Assembly (NCBI GenBank): GCA_037382465.1
Contig: JARRPX010000005.1
Coordinates: 6,224-70,223, forward strand
DNA: 64,000 bases
Direction of reading: 5' to 3'
From: Anaerolineales bacterium
GTDB lineage: Bacteria; Chloroflexota; Anaerolineae; Anaerolineales; E44-bin32
The translations under genes and the position numbers were made by a program. Positions 38,132 through 48,336 of this stretch are shown here, piece by piece. The notes below the pieces were generated by a model that made no database searches, had not been told where the DNA came from, and was given only the letters and a program-made list of their open reading frames with translations. Positions within the stretch are counted from its first letter, which is position 1, and the number at the start of each line of letters is the position of its first letter.

Positions 38132-39424
38132 ATGTTCAAGCAAATTTGGAAATACTTGGGTCTATTCGTTCTTGTATCAATCTTCGTGGTTGCCTGTGGT
38201 AAAACCGAAGCACCCGCAGAAATCACCTACGATGAGAATGCCCCCATCACCGTCTGGATCGACCAGGACCGCCAGCCGTACATCGACGCTTACAAGGCGG
38301 CGAATCCAGACAAGGCCGATCTCATCGAGGAGGCCATCGTCGATCGTGAGCAGTTCCCGTCCAAGGTTCTGCTCTTCAACAACACCAATCAGGGCTGGCC
38401 GGACGTGGTCTTTGGCGAGCCGCGGTTTGTCGGCCGCGTTGCCGATGCGGCGCACAATTTCCCACTCGACCTCAAGCCGTGGGTCGATGCAGATGTGTTG
38501 AATAACTACGACGGCATGGCCGGCTGCACCTTCGGCGATCAGATCTTCTGTGTGCGTAACGACCTGGCACAGTACGTGCTGTACTACAACAAACCGCTCA
38601 TGGATGAGTTTGGCTACGCCGTCCCCACCACGTGGGAGGAGTACCAGGATCTCAGTGACAAGGTGGCCGCGGAACATCCCGGTTATCTGTTGGGCACCTT
38701 TGGCGACGGGTGGACGTTCCTTGCCTACTTCGACCCCAGCGGCTGCCCGTCCCACGAACTGGTGGACGACAACACGTTTAAAGTCGATATGAGCGACGGG
38801 CGCTGTGTGCGCGCCGCGAAGCTGGTGGACCACATGATCGCTAACAAGACACTGTGGAACACCGATTACTTCGATGCGACATTTGTACAGCAGCAGAATG
38901 ACAACAAAGTTTTGATGGTGCCCATGGCTTCATGGGCGTGGGGCGTCTTCAACGGTACGTACTACTTGACCGCGGAGCATCAGCTGGGTGTTTCGCCTCC
39001 ACTCAAATGGGAGGACCAAGAGCAAGCGATTGACGTAGCACAGGGCGGCTCGGGGTGGATGGTTTCACGCCACACTAAAAATCCCAAGCTGGCCACAGAG
39101 CTGATCGTATGGCTCACCACCAATGAGGATTTGTGGTCGACCATCCCCAACTTCCCGGCCTACAAGCCTATTCAGTCTTTGTTCCAGGACCAGGTCTCCG
39201 GCAACGACATCTTTGCCAATGATCCGTTCCCGGCAATGCAGGAAGCGGCGGGTCTGCTCGGGCCTTTGGACAAATGGCCGCGCTTCGACCTCATTTCCCC
39301 GTTGACCGAGGTAGTAAAGGGCGCCTATCAAGAAAACGCGACGATCGAATCGGTTTTGAACATGGTGGCCGAGAAGTTAACGCCGCTGGCGCAAACCGAG
39401 GGATACGAAGTCGTCAATCAATAG
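38132..39424 (+). CDS. CUT1 carbohydrate ABC transporter substrate-binding lipoprotein (SBP family 1)
   Basis: AAGGAGG RBS, lipobox VVACGK, size 430 aa, followed by MalF/MalG-type permeases. Confidence 0.88.
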   Translation: MFKQIWKYLGLFVLVSIFVVACGKTEAPAEITYDENAPITVWIDQDRQPYIDAYKAANPDKADLIEEAIVDREQFPSKVLLFNNTNQGWPDVVFGEPRFVGRVADAAHNFPLDLKPWVDADVLNNYDGMAGCTFGDQIFCVRNDLAQYVLYYNKPLMDEFGYAVPTTWEEYQDLSDKVAAEHPGYLLGTFGDGWTFLAYFDPSGCPSHELVDDNTFKVDMSDGRCVRAAKLVDHMIANKTLWNTDYFDATFVQQQNDNKVLMVPMASWAWGVFNGTYYLTAEHQLGVSPPLKWEDQEQAIDVAQGGSGWMVSRHTKNPKLATELIVWLTTNEDLWSTIPNFPAYKPIQSLFQDQVSGNDIFANDPFPAMQEAAGLLGPLDKWPRFDLISPLTEVVKGAYQENATIESVLNMVAEKLTPLAQTEGYEVVNQ

Positions 39425-39430
39425 TAGTAT

Positions 39431-39450
39431 CTGAGTGACTCAGTTTTTTT
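39431..39450 (+). terminator. Weak intrinsic-terminator-like element after the SBP gene (5-bp stem, 3-nt loop, T7 tract)
   Basis: ctgag-tga-ctcag followed by ttttttt (39444..39450). Confidence 0.35.
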
Positions 39451-39462
39451 CCTTCTCCCGGA

Positions 39463-39493
39463 CCCCTTCTCGTCCGTACAGGGCGAGAAGGGG
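39463..39493 (+). other. Strong GC-rich stem-loop in the SBP-permease intergenic region (10-bp perfect stem, 11-nt loop)
   Basis: ccccttctcg (39463..39472) pairs with cgagaagggg (39484..39493). Confidence 0.5.
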
Positions 39494-39583
39494 CAACGGG
39501 TGAAGGTCAGAAAGCCGCTATACCTCTCCTGGCATAGCCGTGAGAAGCGCCGTTGGGAAGAGGGAGGCTGAAAGGAGTCTCAC

Positions 39584-40507
39584 ATGACCAATCAGACAAT
39601 AAAGGCTGACATGAGGACAAGTCGGAGATGGCGTCGCAATCTGAGTGCCTATCGGTTTGTGCTGCCGTATTTGATATTCATGCTGGCCTTTGGTCTCGGT
39701 CCGGGGATATATGCGATTCTGATCAGTTTTGCTGATTTCGAGTTTGGCGTGCCCGATTATTTTGCCGCGGGGTTACAAAACTACGTGACGGCCTTTACCG
39801 ACTATCGCTTCGGCTTTACCATGGGAAATATCGCCGAATTCCTGGTGGTTTCGGTGCCGCTGGGTATCGCGCTGGTCGTTCTGATCGCGCTCTTGTTGCA
39901 CATGCGTCATGGAAGGCTTTCATCCACGATGCGCACGCTCTTTTTCATCCCGGGCTCGGTCACGGGACCAGCACTCTTGCTGCTGGCCATTTTCATGTTT
40001 TCCCCATTGATGAGCCCCTTTGGCTCCCTTCTGCGTGCGCTTGGCTATGACAGTTTCGATGCCCTCATTGCACCGCAGCGTCTCCCCGTAATCTTCACTA
40101 TTATCGGGTTCTTCTCCGGTGCAGGAATGTGGATTGCCATCCATTACGGCGCTTTGGAAGGCATATCTCATGAAGTGCTGGAAGCCGCCAGGATTGACGG
40201 CTGCAACGCCTGGCAACAAGCCATGTACATTAAATTCCCGTTGATCCGGCCCTATATCATATATCAATTCATCCTGATTTTTGCCGGAAATGTGCAGCTG
40301 TTTGTGGAGCCGCAGCTGCTGGGCACAACCTGGATCATGGCCAATGTGCCGCAGCAATGGTCGCCAAACCAGCTTGCCTATTCTTTTGCATTTGATTTGG
40401 GTAATTTCGGCGCCGCCGCTGCGTTATCGTTGTTGATGCTGCTGGTGGGTCTGGGCGCCGCCTATCTCGTCGTTCGGTTGACCGGCTTTTTCGATATCAA
40501 AGCCTGA
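39584..40507 (+). CDS. CUT1 sugar ABC transporter permease (MalF/UgpA-like)
   Basis: Six TM segments and an EAA-type loop (EAARIDGCNAWQQAMYIKFPLIRP). Confidence 0.9.
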   Translation: MTNQTIKADMRTSRRWRRNLSAYRFVLPYLIFMLAFGLGPGIYAILISFADFEFGVPDYFAAGLQNYVTAFTDYRFGFTMGNIAEFLVVSVPLGIALVVLIALLLHMRHGRLSSTMRTLFFIPGSVTGPALLLLAIFMFSPLMSPFGSLLRALGYDSFDALIAPQRLPVIFTIIGFFSGAGMWIAIHYGALEGISHEVLEAARIDGCNAWQQAMYIKFPLIRPYIIYQFILIFAGNVQLFVEPQLLGTTWIMANVPQQWSPNQLAYSFAFDLGNFGAAAALSLLMLLVGLGAAYLVVRLTGFFDIKA

Positions 40508-40542
40508 GCGTACTTATAAAACACGCGAAGGAGAAATGCGCT

Positions 40543-41502
40543 ATGTCTACACTGAAAACCGTACCCTCGGAAATCCCGCCATCTACCCTGCAGCAGGTGA
40601 AAACGATCAGCCGCCGGGTATTCGCGGATATGGGACCTCTCGGCTACTTCTTGCGTTGGGCGATATTGCTGATATTTGTCTTTTACTTTGGCTTACCCCT
40701 GCTCTGGCTGCTGTTGGCCCCTTCCAAGGACCAAACCGCGATCATCACGCAGAGCCCGCTATCGTTTGGGAACTGGGCAACGGTTCTCGAGTCCTGGAGC
40801 AACGTAAACCAATATGTACATGGCGAGATCTGGGTATGGTTTAAAAACTCCATCATCTACGTAATGTCGTCGCTGGCCGTTGGTTTGGTGATAGGAATTC
40901 CGGCAGGTTATATCCTGGCGGTGGCGCGTTTCACCGGCCGAAAAATCCTGCTATGGCTGACGCTCATCACCATGCTCTTGCCCTCCTCCGCGATGGTCCT
41001 GCCCTTATTCCTGGAGTTGAATTTGGTGCATTTGATCAAGACCGTATGGGCCGTCATCCTGCCGGCTTGTTTCTTTCCATTCGGCGTATATCTGACCTAC
41101 GTCTACTACAGCTCCAACCTGCCGACGGATCTGTTGGATGCGGCGCGGGTGGATGGCTGTTCGGAGTGGCAGTTGTTCAGGCATATCGCTCTGCCGCTGG
41201 CCAAACCTCTCTTGGGCCTGCTGGGATTCATCAGTTTCAATATCAACTGGAACAATTTCTTTGGCCCTTATGTGATGCTGAACAGCAACAAACTCTTCAA
41301 CCTGCCCGTAGGCCTGCAAACGATGATCGCCGGCACGTCGGCTATCCGGCCCGGTTTCAATACAACCCCAGGGATGCTAAAATTCCAACAAGCCGACGCA
41401 GCCATGGCCGGATTGATCATGATCGTACCCGTTGTGATCGTCTTTCTTTTCGCCCAACGGTACGTCATAGCCGGCGCTTTCACCGGTTCGGTGAAAGGCT
41501 GA
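40543..41502 (+). CDS. CUT1 sugar ABC transporter permease (MalG/UgpE-like)
   Basis: DAARVDGCSEWQLFRHIALPLAKP EAA loop and six TM segments. Confidence 0.9.
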   Translation: MSTLKTVPSEIPPSTLQQVKTISRRVFADMGPLGYFLRWAILLIFVFYFGLPLLWLLLAPSKDQTAIITQSPLSFGNWATVLESWSNVNQYVHGEIWVWFKNSIIYVMSSLAVGLVIGIPAGYILAVARFTGRKILLWLTLITMLLPSSAMVLPLFLELNLVHLIKTVWAVILPACFFPFGVYLTYVYYSSNLPTDLLDAARVDGCSEWQLFRHIALPLAKPLLGLLGFISFNINWNNFFGPYVMLNSNKLFNLPVGLQTMIAGTSAIRPGFNTTPGMLKFQQADAAMAGLIMIVPVVIVFLFAQRYVIAGAFTGSVKG

Positions 41503-41536
41503 GCTTTATCGCGTGTGTCTGCGCTCTTGATGGAGG

Positions 41537-42940
41537 ATGCACGGTGTGAGTTCGACTTCCGATGTAAACGATACGGCCTGCATAAGCTATGTGTGCTGCG
41601 ACGAGGCGCTCCCTTACCAGGGAGCGGCTCGCGAAGACGAGCTGCGCCGTGCTGCGCCACGCTCTGGCGGCGGTGCTCCGCCCTGGTCTGCGTCCGCATC
41701 CGGAAGGTCTTTCCTGAGACAGCTTCTATCTGGTTTTGTCGTGTTCTGCTTTACGGTTCTTCTGCCGGCTTGCGCTCGCACCAACTCAATTGCATCTTCT
41801 GCGACACCAGCCATTTCGGCGAGCACCGCCGAGCAGGGCTTGCCGCTGGCCAGCCCTGAGCGAATGGCCACTTATACAGCACAAGCGTCTACACCCATCT
41901 CATCTATGAATAATATCGTGCTGCGCTCTCCAGAGGTCAACGCTGATCGAACGGTTACTTTGCGGCTGTTTGCCCCCAATGCAGCCAGCGTAACCGCCAC
42001 AGGAGATTTCGGCGATCTCATCTTGACAAAAGATGCGCAGGGTATCTGGTCCGCGACCACCGAGCCTCTGGAGCCTGCTGTCTACATCTACCACTTCGAT
42101 GTCGATGGCGTGCAAATGGCCGATCCATACAATCCAGACAATAAAGGAATCTCCGAATCCCTCTTCATAGTCCCCGGCGATCCGCCCATGCCCTGGGAAC
42201 TGCGGAATGTACCCCACGGCGATGTTACTCAGGTGCTTTACTTCTCCCAGGTTTTCAACACCCATCGTCGCTTCTTTGTCTATACTCCACCGGGATACGA
42301 TGAAACTGCAAATAAGCTGCCCGTGCTTTACCTGCTGCATGGTTATTCCGATGATGATTCTGCATGGACCATCGTCGGGAAAGCCAACCTCATCGCCGAC
42401 AGCCTGCTGGCCGACGGGAAAATCGAGCCCATGCTGATCGTCATGCCGTACGGCCAGTTCGACAGCCATGTAACGATAGAACATTGTCTCGATGACGATT
42501 TCCAGGAAAAGTACGAGAAACAGATCCTCACGGAGATCATTCCCTACGTTGAGCAGGCATTTCACGCGGCTCCGGACGCCCAGCATAGGGCCATGGCTGG
42601 CCTATCGATGGGCGGCTTCCAGGCGGCGATCATCGGCTTGAATCACCCGGAGATTTTTTCCACCATCGGTATCTGGAGTCCCGCCTTCTTCGGCAATCCC
42701 TCTGTGCTCCTTGGGAGACTCGTCGCTGCACCGGACGATCTCAAGCATTCATTTCTTTATGTTCATGTGGGTGTGGGCCAGGAAGACTCTCTCCTGGCCC
42801 GCAGCTATACGATCGACGAATTTCTTACACAACAGGATATCGCCCACGAGTTCACTGTCACTCCCGGAACGCATAGTTGGGTAGTCTGGCGCGGCTACCT
42901 TGTCGATTTCCTTCCTAGATTCTCCACTGCCGCCCAATGA
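41537..42940 (+). CDS. Carbohydrate esterase (esterase D / CE1-like 'putative esterase' fold) with N-terminal E-set/CBM48-like domain; lipoprotein; the true start is uncertain
   Basis: Lipobox LLPAC. TVTLRLFAPNAASVTATGDF...GIWSATTEPLEPAVYIYHFDVDG is E-set-like. LPVLYLLHGYSDDDSAW and the GLSMGG nucleophile elbow mark the esterase. Confidence 0.8.
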   Translation: MHGVSSTSDVNDTACISYVCCDEALPYQGAAREDELRRAAPRSGGGAPPWSASASGRSFLRQLLSGFVVFCFTVLLPACARTNSIASSATPAISASTAEQGLPLASPERMATYTAQASTPISSMNNIVLRSPEVNADRTVTLRLFAPNAASVTATGDFGDLILTKDAQGIWSATTEPLEPAVYIYHFDVDGVQMADPYNPDNKGISESLFIVPGDPPMPWELRNVPHGDVTQVLYFSQVFNTHRRFFVYTPPGYDETANKLPVLYLLHGYSDDDSAWTIVGKANLIADSLLADGKIEPMLIVMPYGQFDSHVTIEHCLDDDFQEKYEKQILTEIIPYVEQAFHAAPDAQHRAMAGLSMGGFQAAIIGLNHPEIFSTIGIWSPAFFGNPSVLLGRLVAAPDDLKHSFLYVHVGVGQEDSLLARSYTIDEFLTQQDIAHEFTVTPGTHSWVVWRGYLVDFLPRFSTAAQ

Positions 42941-43258
42941 TTCGGTTCTCATTGCGAGCACCTGGCTGGGGCGGGAAGGAATAATCTGTGAATCGAAGTG
43001 CCACAATATCCGCGTATCGATTCGGCGCGATGTGCGTTGAATGTGCACCGGAGTCGAGATTCTGTAACGCCGGACCCTTTCTTTACCTCGACGGCACGCC
43101 GGACAGGCCGGGAGTACACCACGAGTTTCTGCCTCGAAAATCCCGGACTTTTCCTGTGAAAGCGGCGCAGGAATATGATCGGCGTAAATTGCCGGATGAG
43201 CGATCGACGGGATCTGAGCCAATGTCCCCCAAATCCATCATAACTTGAAAAGGCACTT

Positions 43259-45535
43259 ATGAAACCACAAAATAACTTATTGGCCGACTTGCTTGACCTG
43301 GATGCACCTGAAGCCTCGCACGATGTCTTATGGTCTGTAGGCACACCGCAAACCATTCGAGTTCAGGAAGGTCAGGTTGGTATCGAATTGGAATTTATTG
43401 CGCAGGCTTTGGTCGAAGAAGGGATCAAGCCGGATAAAAGCATCCCGCCGAAGAAGCACACTTTGTGGGTGCGTGCCTACGGAGAGGAAATCATCCGTCT
43501 GACGATTGATTTTAATGGCGATGAATTGTGCACCGACGACAACAACGTGATGTTGGATATCGACGACGAGCTCGAACGGTTGCCTTTGTCGGTAGATAAG
43601 GACTCTCAAGACTGGAAGGTCATTGATTCCAAGGGAAAGATGCGGATGGAAATCATTACCCAACCCCCATCAATCAAGCATTGGAGCGACCAGATTCCCG
43701 CCCCGCCAGAAATCCTAAATGCAACGATATACCCGGATGGTTCAACCGCCGTGCTGCTTGAGCCCTATGATATTTTTACACCGGGACAGCGCGAGTCCTT
43801 TCCGCTAGCTTGTATCGAACGCAGAAAACGCCCGCATCGGGCAGCGTTTGCCTTCCACGCTTCTACGGATGAAAAAACCGCAGGAACAGGAGAGCGTTTC
43901 GCGCCCATGAATCTTTCCGGGCGGACGTTGGTTCTGGAAAATGCGGACGCTCTGGGGGTCAACAATCGACGCTGTTACAAGAACGTGCCTTTTTATGTTT
44001 CCAATCGTCCCTATGGTCTCTTGATTCTGACCTCTGCGCATACACGATTGTCTTTGGCTGATATATCTACCCGGGTCAATCAAGCAATGGTGGAAGATGG
44101 TCTACTTGATCTGTTTGTAATTGGTGGAAAGAATGTTGAACGAATTCTTCATAACTACCGTCTACTGACCGGCTTCCCACATGAAGTGCCCGTGTGGTCG
44201 TATGGGATTTGGATGGGGCGAATGACGTATTTCAGCGCTGACGAAACTCGTCAGGTTGCAGCACGTTTGAGGAAGGAAGCGTTCCCTTGTGATGTAATCC
44301 ATATCGATACCGGGTGGTTCGACAAGGACTGGATTTGCGACTGGAAATTCAGCCCGCGCACGTTCCCCGATGCGCAAGATTACCTGAAGGAGATGCGTTC
44401 AAACGGGTTTCGCATCACCCTTTGGCAGCTTCCCACAGTCAGTGAAGAGACAGATTTATTCGCGCCGGCCCTGGAGAAAAAATATATCGCCAGCGACAAC
44501 AATATTGTTAGCAGCCGTTCAAATTTTGGCGAACGAGGACTCGCCGCGACGATTGACTTCACGAATCCACGCGCCATCGAATGGTACCAGGGGCTGCTAG
44601 AAAAATTGTTGTTGATGGGCGTGGCTGCCATCAAAACGGATTTTGGTGAAACCATAGACCTTCAGGCACACTATCAGGGAATGGATGCGATGTTATTGCA
44701 CAATCTCTACTCTTTGCTCTATCAAAAGGCGGCCTTTGAAATAACCGAAAGAGTCACCGGAGAAGGGTTGATCTGGGCCAGATCTGGCTGGGTTGGCAAC
44801 CAGCGCTATCCGGTGCATTGGGGAGGGGATGCCGCTTCTACTTGGGACGGGATGGCGGGTTCATTACGCGGCGGTTTGCATTTGGGTTTGTCGGGCTACG
44901 CTTTTTGGGCTCACGATATTGCGGGTTTTCATGGTTTACCCAACTTTATGAATTGCTGGCCCACAGATGAGTTATATATGCGCTGGACGCAATTTGGTGT
45001 ATTTTCTTCCCACATTCGCTATCATGGCGCTTCTCCTCGTGAACCATATGAATACCCTGCGATTGCCGACGTTGTGAGGCAGTGGTGGAACCTGCGCTAT
45101 TCCCTTATTCCGTATCTCGTGGAACAAGGACGGCGGATAGTGCATACCGGTTTGCCCATGCTGCGGGCATTAATTTTCCACCACGACGATGATCCCATGT
45201 GCTGGCACATCGATGATCAATACTACTTTGGAGATGCTTTTTTGGTTGCGCCGATCATGAATGACGCTGGCGTTAGAGATGTATATCTTCCGTCGGGAAA
45301 ATGGATTGATTTTTGGACAGGAGAACTGCTGGAAGGCAGCCAATGGATAAAGGATATTACGATGCCGTTGGAGCGTATGCCGGTCTACGTCAAGTTTGGA
45401 GCTAAAGTGCCTGTCTATCCGCTTCGTGTTCAGTGTACGGATGAAATCGACTTGTCCAAGGCGGTCAACATCATTTTTAATGACCGCTATCTGGGATTGG
45501 GAAGCTCTGTTCTGTCGAATGTTGTGGAATTGTAA
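43259..45535 (+). CDS. GH31 alpha-xylosidase/alpha-glucosidase (YicI-like)
   Basis: DVIHIDTGWF, GFRITLWQLP, AAIKTDFGE (nucleophile Asp), YPVHWGGD and SLRGGLHLGLSGYAFWAHDIAGF (acid/base Asp). Confidence 0.9.
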   Translation: MKPQNNLLADLLDLDAPEASHDVLWSVGTPQTIRVQEGQVGIELEFIAQALVEEGIKPDKSIPPKKHTLWVRAYGEEIIRLTIDFNGDELCTDDNNVMLDIDDELERLPLSVDKDSQDWKVIDSKGKMRMEIITQPPSIKHWSDQIPAPPEILNATIYPDGSTAVLLEPYDIFTPGQRESFPLACIERRKRPHRAAFAFHASTDEKTAGTGERFAPMNLSGRTLVLENADALGVNNRRCYKNVPFYVSNRPYGLLILTSAHTRLSLADISTRVNQAMVEDGLLDLFVIGGKNVERILHNYRLLTGFPHEVPVWSYGIWMGRMTYFSADETRQVAARLRKEAFPCDVIHIDTGWFDKDWICDWKFSPRTFPDAQDYLKEMRSNGFRITLWQLPTVSEETDLFAPALEKKYIASDNNIVSSRSNFGERGLAATIDFTNPRAIEWYQGLLEKLLLMGVAAIKTDFGETIDLQAHYQGMDAMLLHNLYSLLYQKAAFEITERVTGEGLIWARSGWVGNQRYPVHWGGDAASTWDGMAGSLRGGLHLGLSGYAFWAHDIAGFHGLPNFMNCWPTDELYMRWTQFGVFSSHIRYHGASPREPYEYPAIADVVRQWWNLRYSLIPYLVEQGRRIVHTGLPMLRALIFHHDDDPMCWHIDDQYYFGDAFLVAPIMNDAGVRDVYLPSGKWIDFWTGELLEGSQWIKDITMPLERMPVYVKFGAKVPVYPLRVQCTDEIDLSKAVNIIFNDRYLGLGSSVLSNVVEL

Positions 45536-45546
45536 GCGCAGTCATT

Positions 45547-45573
45547 CAGGATAATTAACAGGAACTTATCCTG
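45547..45573 (+). terminator. Stem-loop 12 nt after the GH31 stop (8-bp stem, 11-nt loop), between convergent genes
   Basis: caggataa / ttaacaggaac / ttatcctg. Confidence 0.35.
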
Positions 45574-45658
45574 CGATAGTAGCGTATCGCTAGAAATATG
45601 CTGGATTGCACGGTTATTTCGAGATGTTACCTACCAGTTTGCCTGTGCATTCACCCAG

Positions 45659-46471
45659 CTACTGGGACTCTCCCGTCTCCAGGCGTGTGAACCGAACGGA
45701 ATAAACCAGTTGTTCGATGAATTCGATGGATTGCTTTTCGGGCAGACGGATGTTCATGGCCTCGAAATACTTGCTGTATCCTTCAGGAAGCATGATGACA
45801 ATGACAGTCTCGTCCGGCCAATCCGGTCCCATAGTACTCTGCGGGTTATAGACCAGGGCATATACACCGTCCGGGTGCAAGATGATCTTCAGCGGCTCGA
45901 CCTCGAATTCCCTGCCGTCGATGAAATCCAGGTAATAGGCGCCGCGCGTACGTCGGAAACGAATCACATCGGCGGGAGTTTCGCTGATGTAACCGATGTG
46001 GTCGCTGGCGACCGCGCTGGCGAAAAATTCCTGGAATCGCCCTGCGTTTGACGGACTGACTGCATCGATGGTCCAATAGATACTGGAGAAAGTGGGCCAC
46101 CTGTCCCAGCGCGGCGAGTGGCACAACAGGTAAGTGTATTCGTATCGATAATTGCCAGTCGGTGGTGGATACTCGAATTCGACACCAAGTTCCTCGCTCT
46201 CGAAAATTAGCAGGCCCCGCTCCGAATAGCGGGGTTCGATCGCCTGTGGTTCACAGCCTTCTGCCTCGAGCCAGTTCGAGGGTGTCGGGCTTTCAGTGGG
46301 AGGTAGGGTTTCGGTGGGTTGTGCCTCTGTGACTCCCGGCGTGGCCGTGGGGGTTTTTGTAGCGTCGGGTTCGATGGTGGGAAAATCGATGTGTATGGGC
46401 GTCGCCCTGCCACTGCAGGCAGTGAGCAGTGTGACCAGAAGGAGCGAGAAGATCGGAATCTTGTGTTTCAT
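45659..46471 (-). CDS. Hypothetical lipoprotein
   Basis: MKHKIPIFSLLLVTLLTACSG lipoprotein signal, Pro/Thr-rich linker, no recognisable catalytic motif. Confidence 0.6.
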   Translation of the reverse strand: MKHKIPIFSLLLVTLLTACSGRATPIHIDFPTIEPDATKTPTATPGVTEAQPTETLPPTESPTPSNWLEAEGCEPQAIEPRYSERGLLIFESEELGVEFEYPPPTGNYRYEYTYLLCHSPRWDRWPTFSSIYWTIDAVSPSNAGRFQEFFASAVASDHIGYISETPADVIRFRRTRGAYYLDFIDGREFEVEPLKIILHPDGVYALVYNPQSTMGPDWPDETVIVIMLPEGYSKYFEAMNIRLPEKQSIEFIEQLVYSVRFTRLETGESQ

Positions 46472-46910
46472 AGCGTTAATCCTTTTGGCGAATTATCTGG
46501 TTGACTTCGATGCAAGTCTACGCGGCACATGTTACGAGCCAATGACGGATATACTTGAGTTCGGAAACACGGTATTACAGTCCAGTAACAGGCTTTCATC
46601 CGGAGGAAAGTGCCGGACGCTCGTGTACCCCGTAAAACACGTTCGTTCCGCAATCGTTGCGAAGCCCGAGTGACGGCTTGTCTTTTCCACATCTCTCCCA
46701 AACAATAGCGTATGGCGTCCTTGCAGACGTTGTTAATCAGGCTCCGCGTCGGAGGCGGGCAAATCGCTGTTTACTAAAAAGCCCGGCAAGATTATAGGTG
46801 AAATCGCAAGCAGGCGTGCTGAAAAGGGCGATCGATTAATGGGCAATTCCATTGGAACTCAGGATGGATATAGTTTTTCACCATACACCTAATAGATTAA
46901 AATCTTACCC

Positions 46911-48140
46911 ATGATATCGAAAATCGAGAATAGAAGAATCATCCTGATCGCCTTTCTGATGTTCGTCGGGCTGGGACTGTCGGCCGGACTGCTCGGCGTG
47001 GCCTGGCCCTACATGCAGGACGAATTCAACCTGGAGCTGGATGCTGTCAGTGTGCTGTTTCTGGTTCAAACCATCGCGTACACGCTGGCGAGTTTCATCA
47101 TCGGACGGATCATGGCGCGTTTGGGCAGCGGCACGATCCTGGTCGGCGGCATCTTGATCCTGGCGCTGAGTATGTTTGCCATTGCGGCCTCTGCGACCTG
47201 GGTTCTGATCGTCGCGTTCGGACTGATCGCAGGATTCGGCAGCGGCGTCATCGACGCCGGACTGAATCTGTATGTCACCACCTATCATTCGGCGCGGGAA
47301 ATGAACTGGCTGCATGCCAGCTTTGGGATCGGTATTACCCTTGGTCCGCTGCTTATGACCTACTGTGCGCTGCAGCTGAAGTGGCAGATCGGTTATGCCA
47401 TTACCGGGGCTGTACTGGTCGTCATCCTGGCGCTGCTCATCGTGAACCGCCACCTGTGGCGAAATGAGGGTTTCCAAAGCGCGGAGAACACACCGGTTCG
47501 CCGCGCCGGCTTCAGCCAATCACTGCGCCTGCCGGTGCTGTGGTTCAGCATGATTACGTTCCTGGCTTATGTGGCGATGGAGATCGGCATCGGACAGTGG
47601 GCCTATACCCTGCTGACTCAGGCACGCGGCATTGCGCCGGAAATCGCGGGCCTCTGGGTCAGCATTTATTGGGGCGTGTTTACCGGCGGAAGAATACTCT
47701 TTGGTTTCGTTGCCAACCGCTTAGATGCCACCCGGTTGCTCCGCGGGTGTTTGCTGGGGGCCGTAGTAGGGACGTTCATGTTCGCATGGAACCCGCTGCC
47801 GATCATCGGGTCAATTGGCCTGATTGTTGTCGGGTTCGCCGAAGCGCCGATCTTCGCAATGCTGATGATGACCACCCCGCAGCGCGTCGGATTGGAACAT
47901 GCCGAAAACGGAGTCGCTCTGCAAATGGCCAGTGTCGGACTGGGGTCGGCTATTCTCCCCGGCTTGATCGGGACGATTGGTATGCACTTCGGTCTGGAGA
48001 CGATGACGGCAACTTTTACGGCGGTGGCTATCGTCGCCTTTGTTTTCCACGAGCTGGCCCATCTTACTCGAAGTCCGGTTCCGGCTGCGGCGCGGGCCAC
48101 GGATGACGAGACGAAAACTTCGTCCGAATGTACCTCTTAA
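46911..48140 (+). CDS. MFS transporter
   Basis: About 12 hydrophobic segments and a GRIMARLG-type loop between TM2 and TM3. 409 aa. Confidence 0.85.
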   Translation: MISKIENRRIILIAFLMFVGLGLSAGLLGVAWPYMQDEFNLELDAVSVLFLVQTIAYTLASFIIGRIMARLGSGTILVGGILILALSMFAIAASATWVLIVAFGLIAGFGSGVIDAGLNLYVTTYHSAREMNWLHASFGIGITLGPLLMTYCALQLKWQIGYAITGAVLVVILALLIVNRHLWRNEGFQSAENTPVRRAGFSQSLRLPVLWFSMITFLAYVAMEIGIGQWAYTLLTQARGIAPEIAGLWVSIYWGVFTGGRILFGFVANRLDATRLLRGCLLGAVVGTFMFAWNPLPIIGSIGLIVVGFAEAPIFAMLMMTTPQRVGLEHAENGVALQMASVGLGSAILPGLIGTIGMHFGLETMTATFTAVAIVAFVFHELAHLTRSPVPAAARATDDETKTSSECTS

Positions 48141-48336
48141 CATTGCCCGAGAGCTGATGCGGATCTTGGGTTCCATATGTCTATCGTTTTTCCTTTTACG
48201 GGTCCACGCTCTTTTTTCGTGAGGCCTGCCTGCGGTAAATCGAATGTAAAGACAATCGAAGCTGGCCTGGCCTGGTGTATGATGTAAAAGGTGGTCCGTT
48301 TGGTTTCCAAGACACGCAAGTATGTGGGAGGCAATC

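Noticed and set aside
38177-38833. 218-aa minus-strand ORF.
   Set aside because: It is antisense to the CUT1 binding-protein gene, which has an RBS and a lipoprotein signal.
41537-41760. Arg/Ala-rich extension of about 55 aa preceding the lipoprotein signal of the esterase.
   Set aside because: It is most likely an over-extended ORF call. The real start is probably a non-ATG codon nearer the signal peptide (..GRSFLRQLLSGFVVFCFTVLLPAC). It is not evidence for a novel domain.
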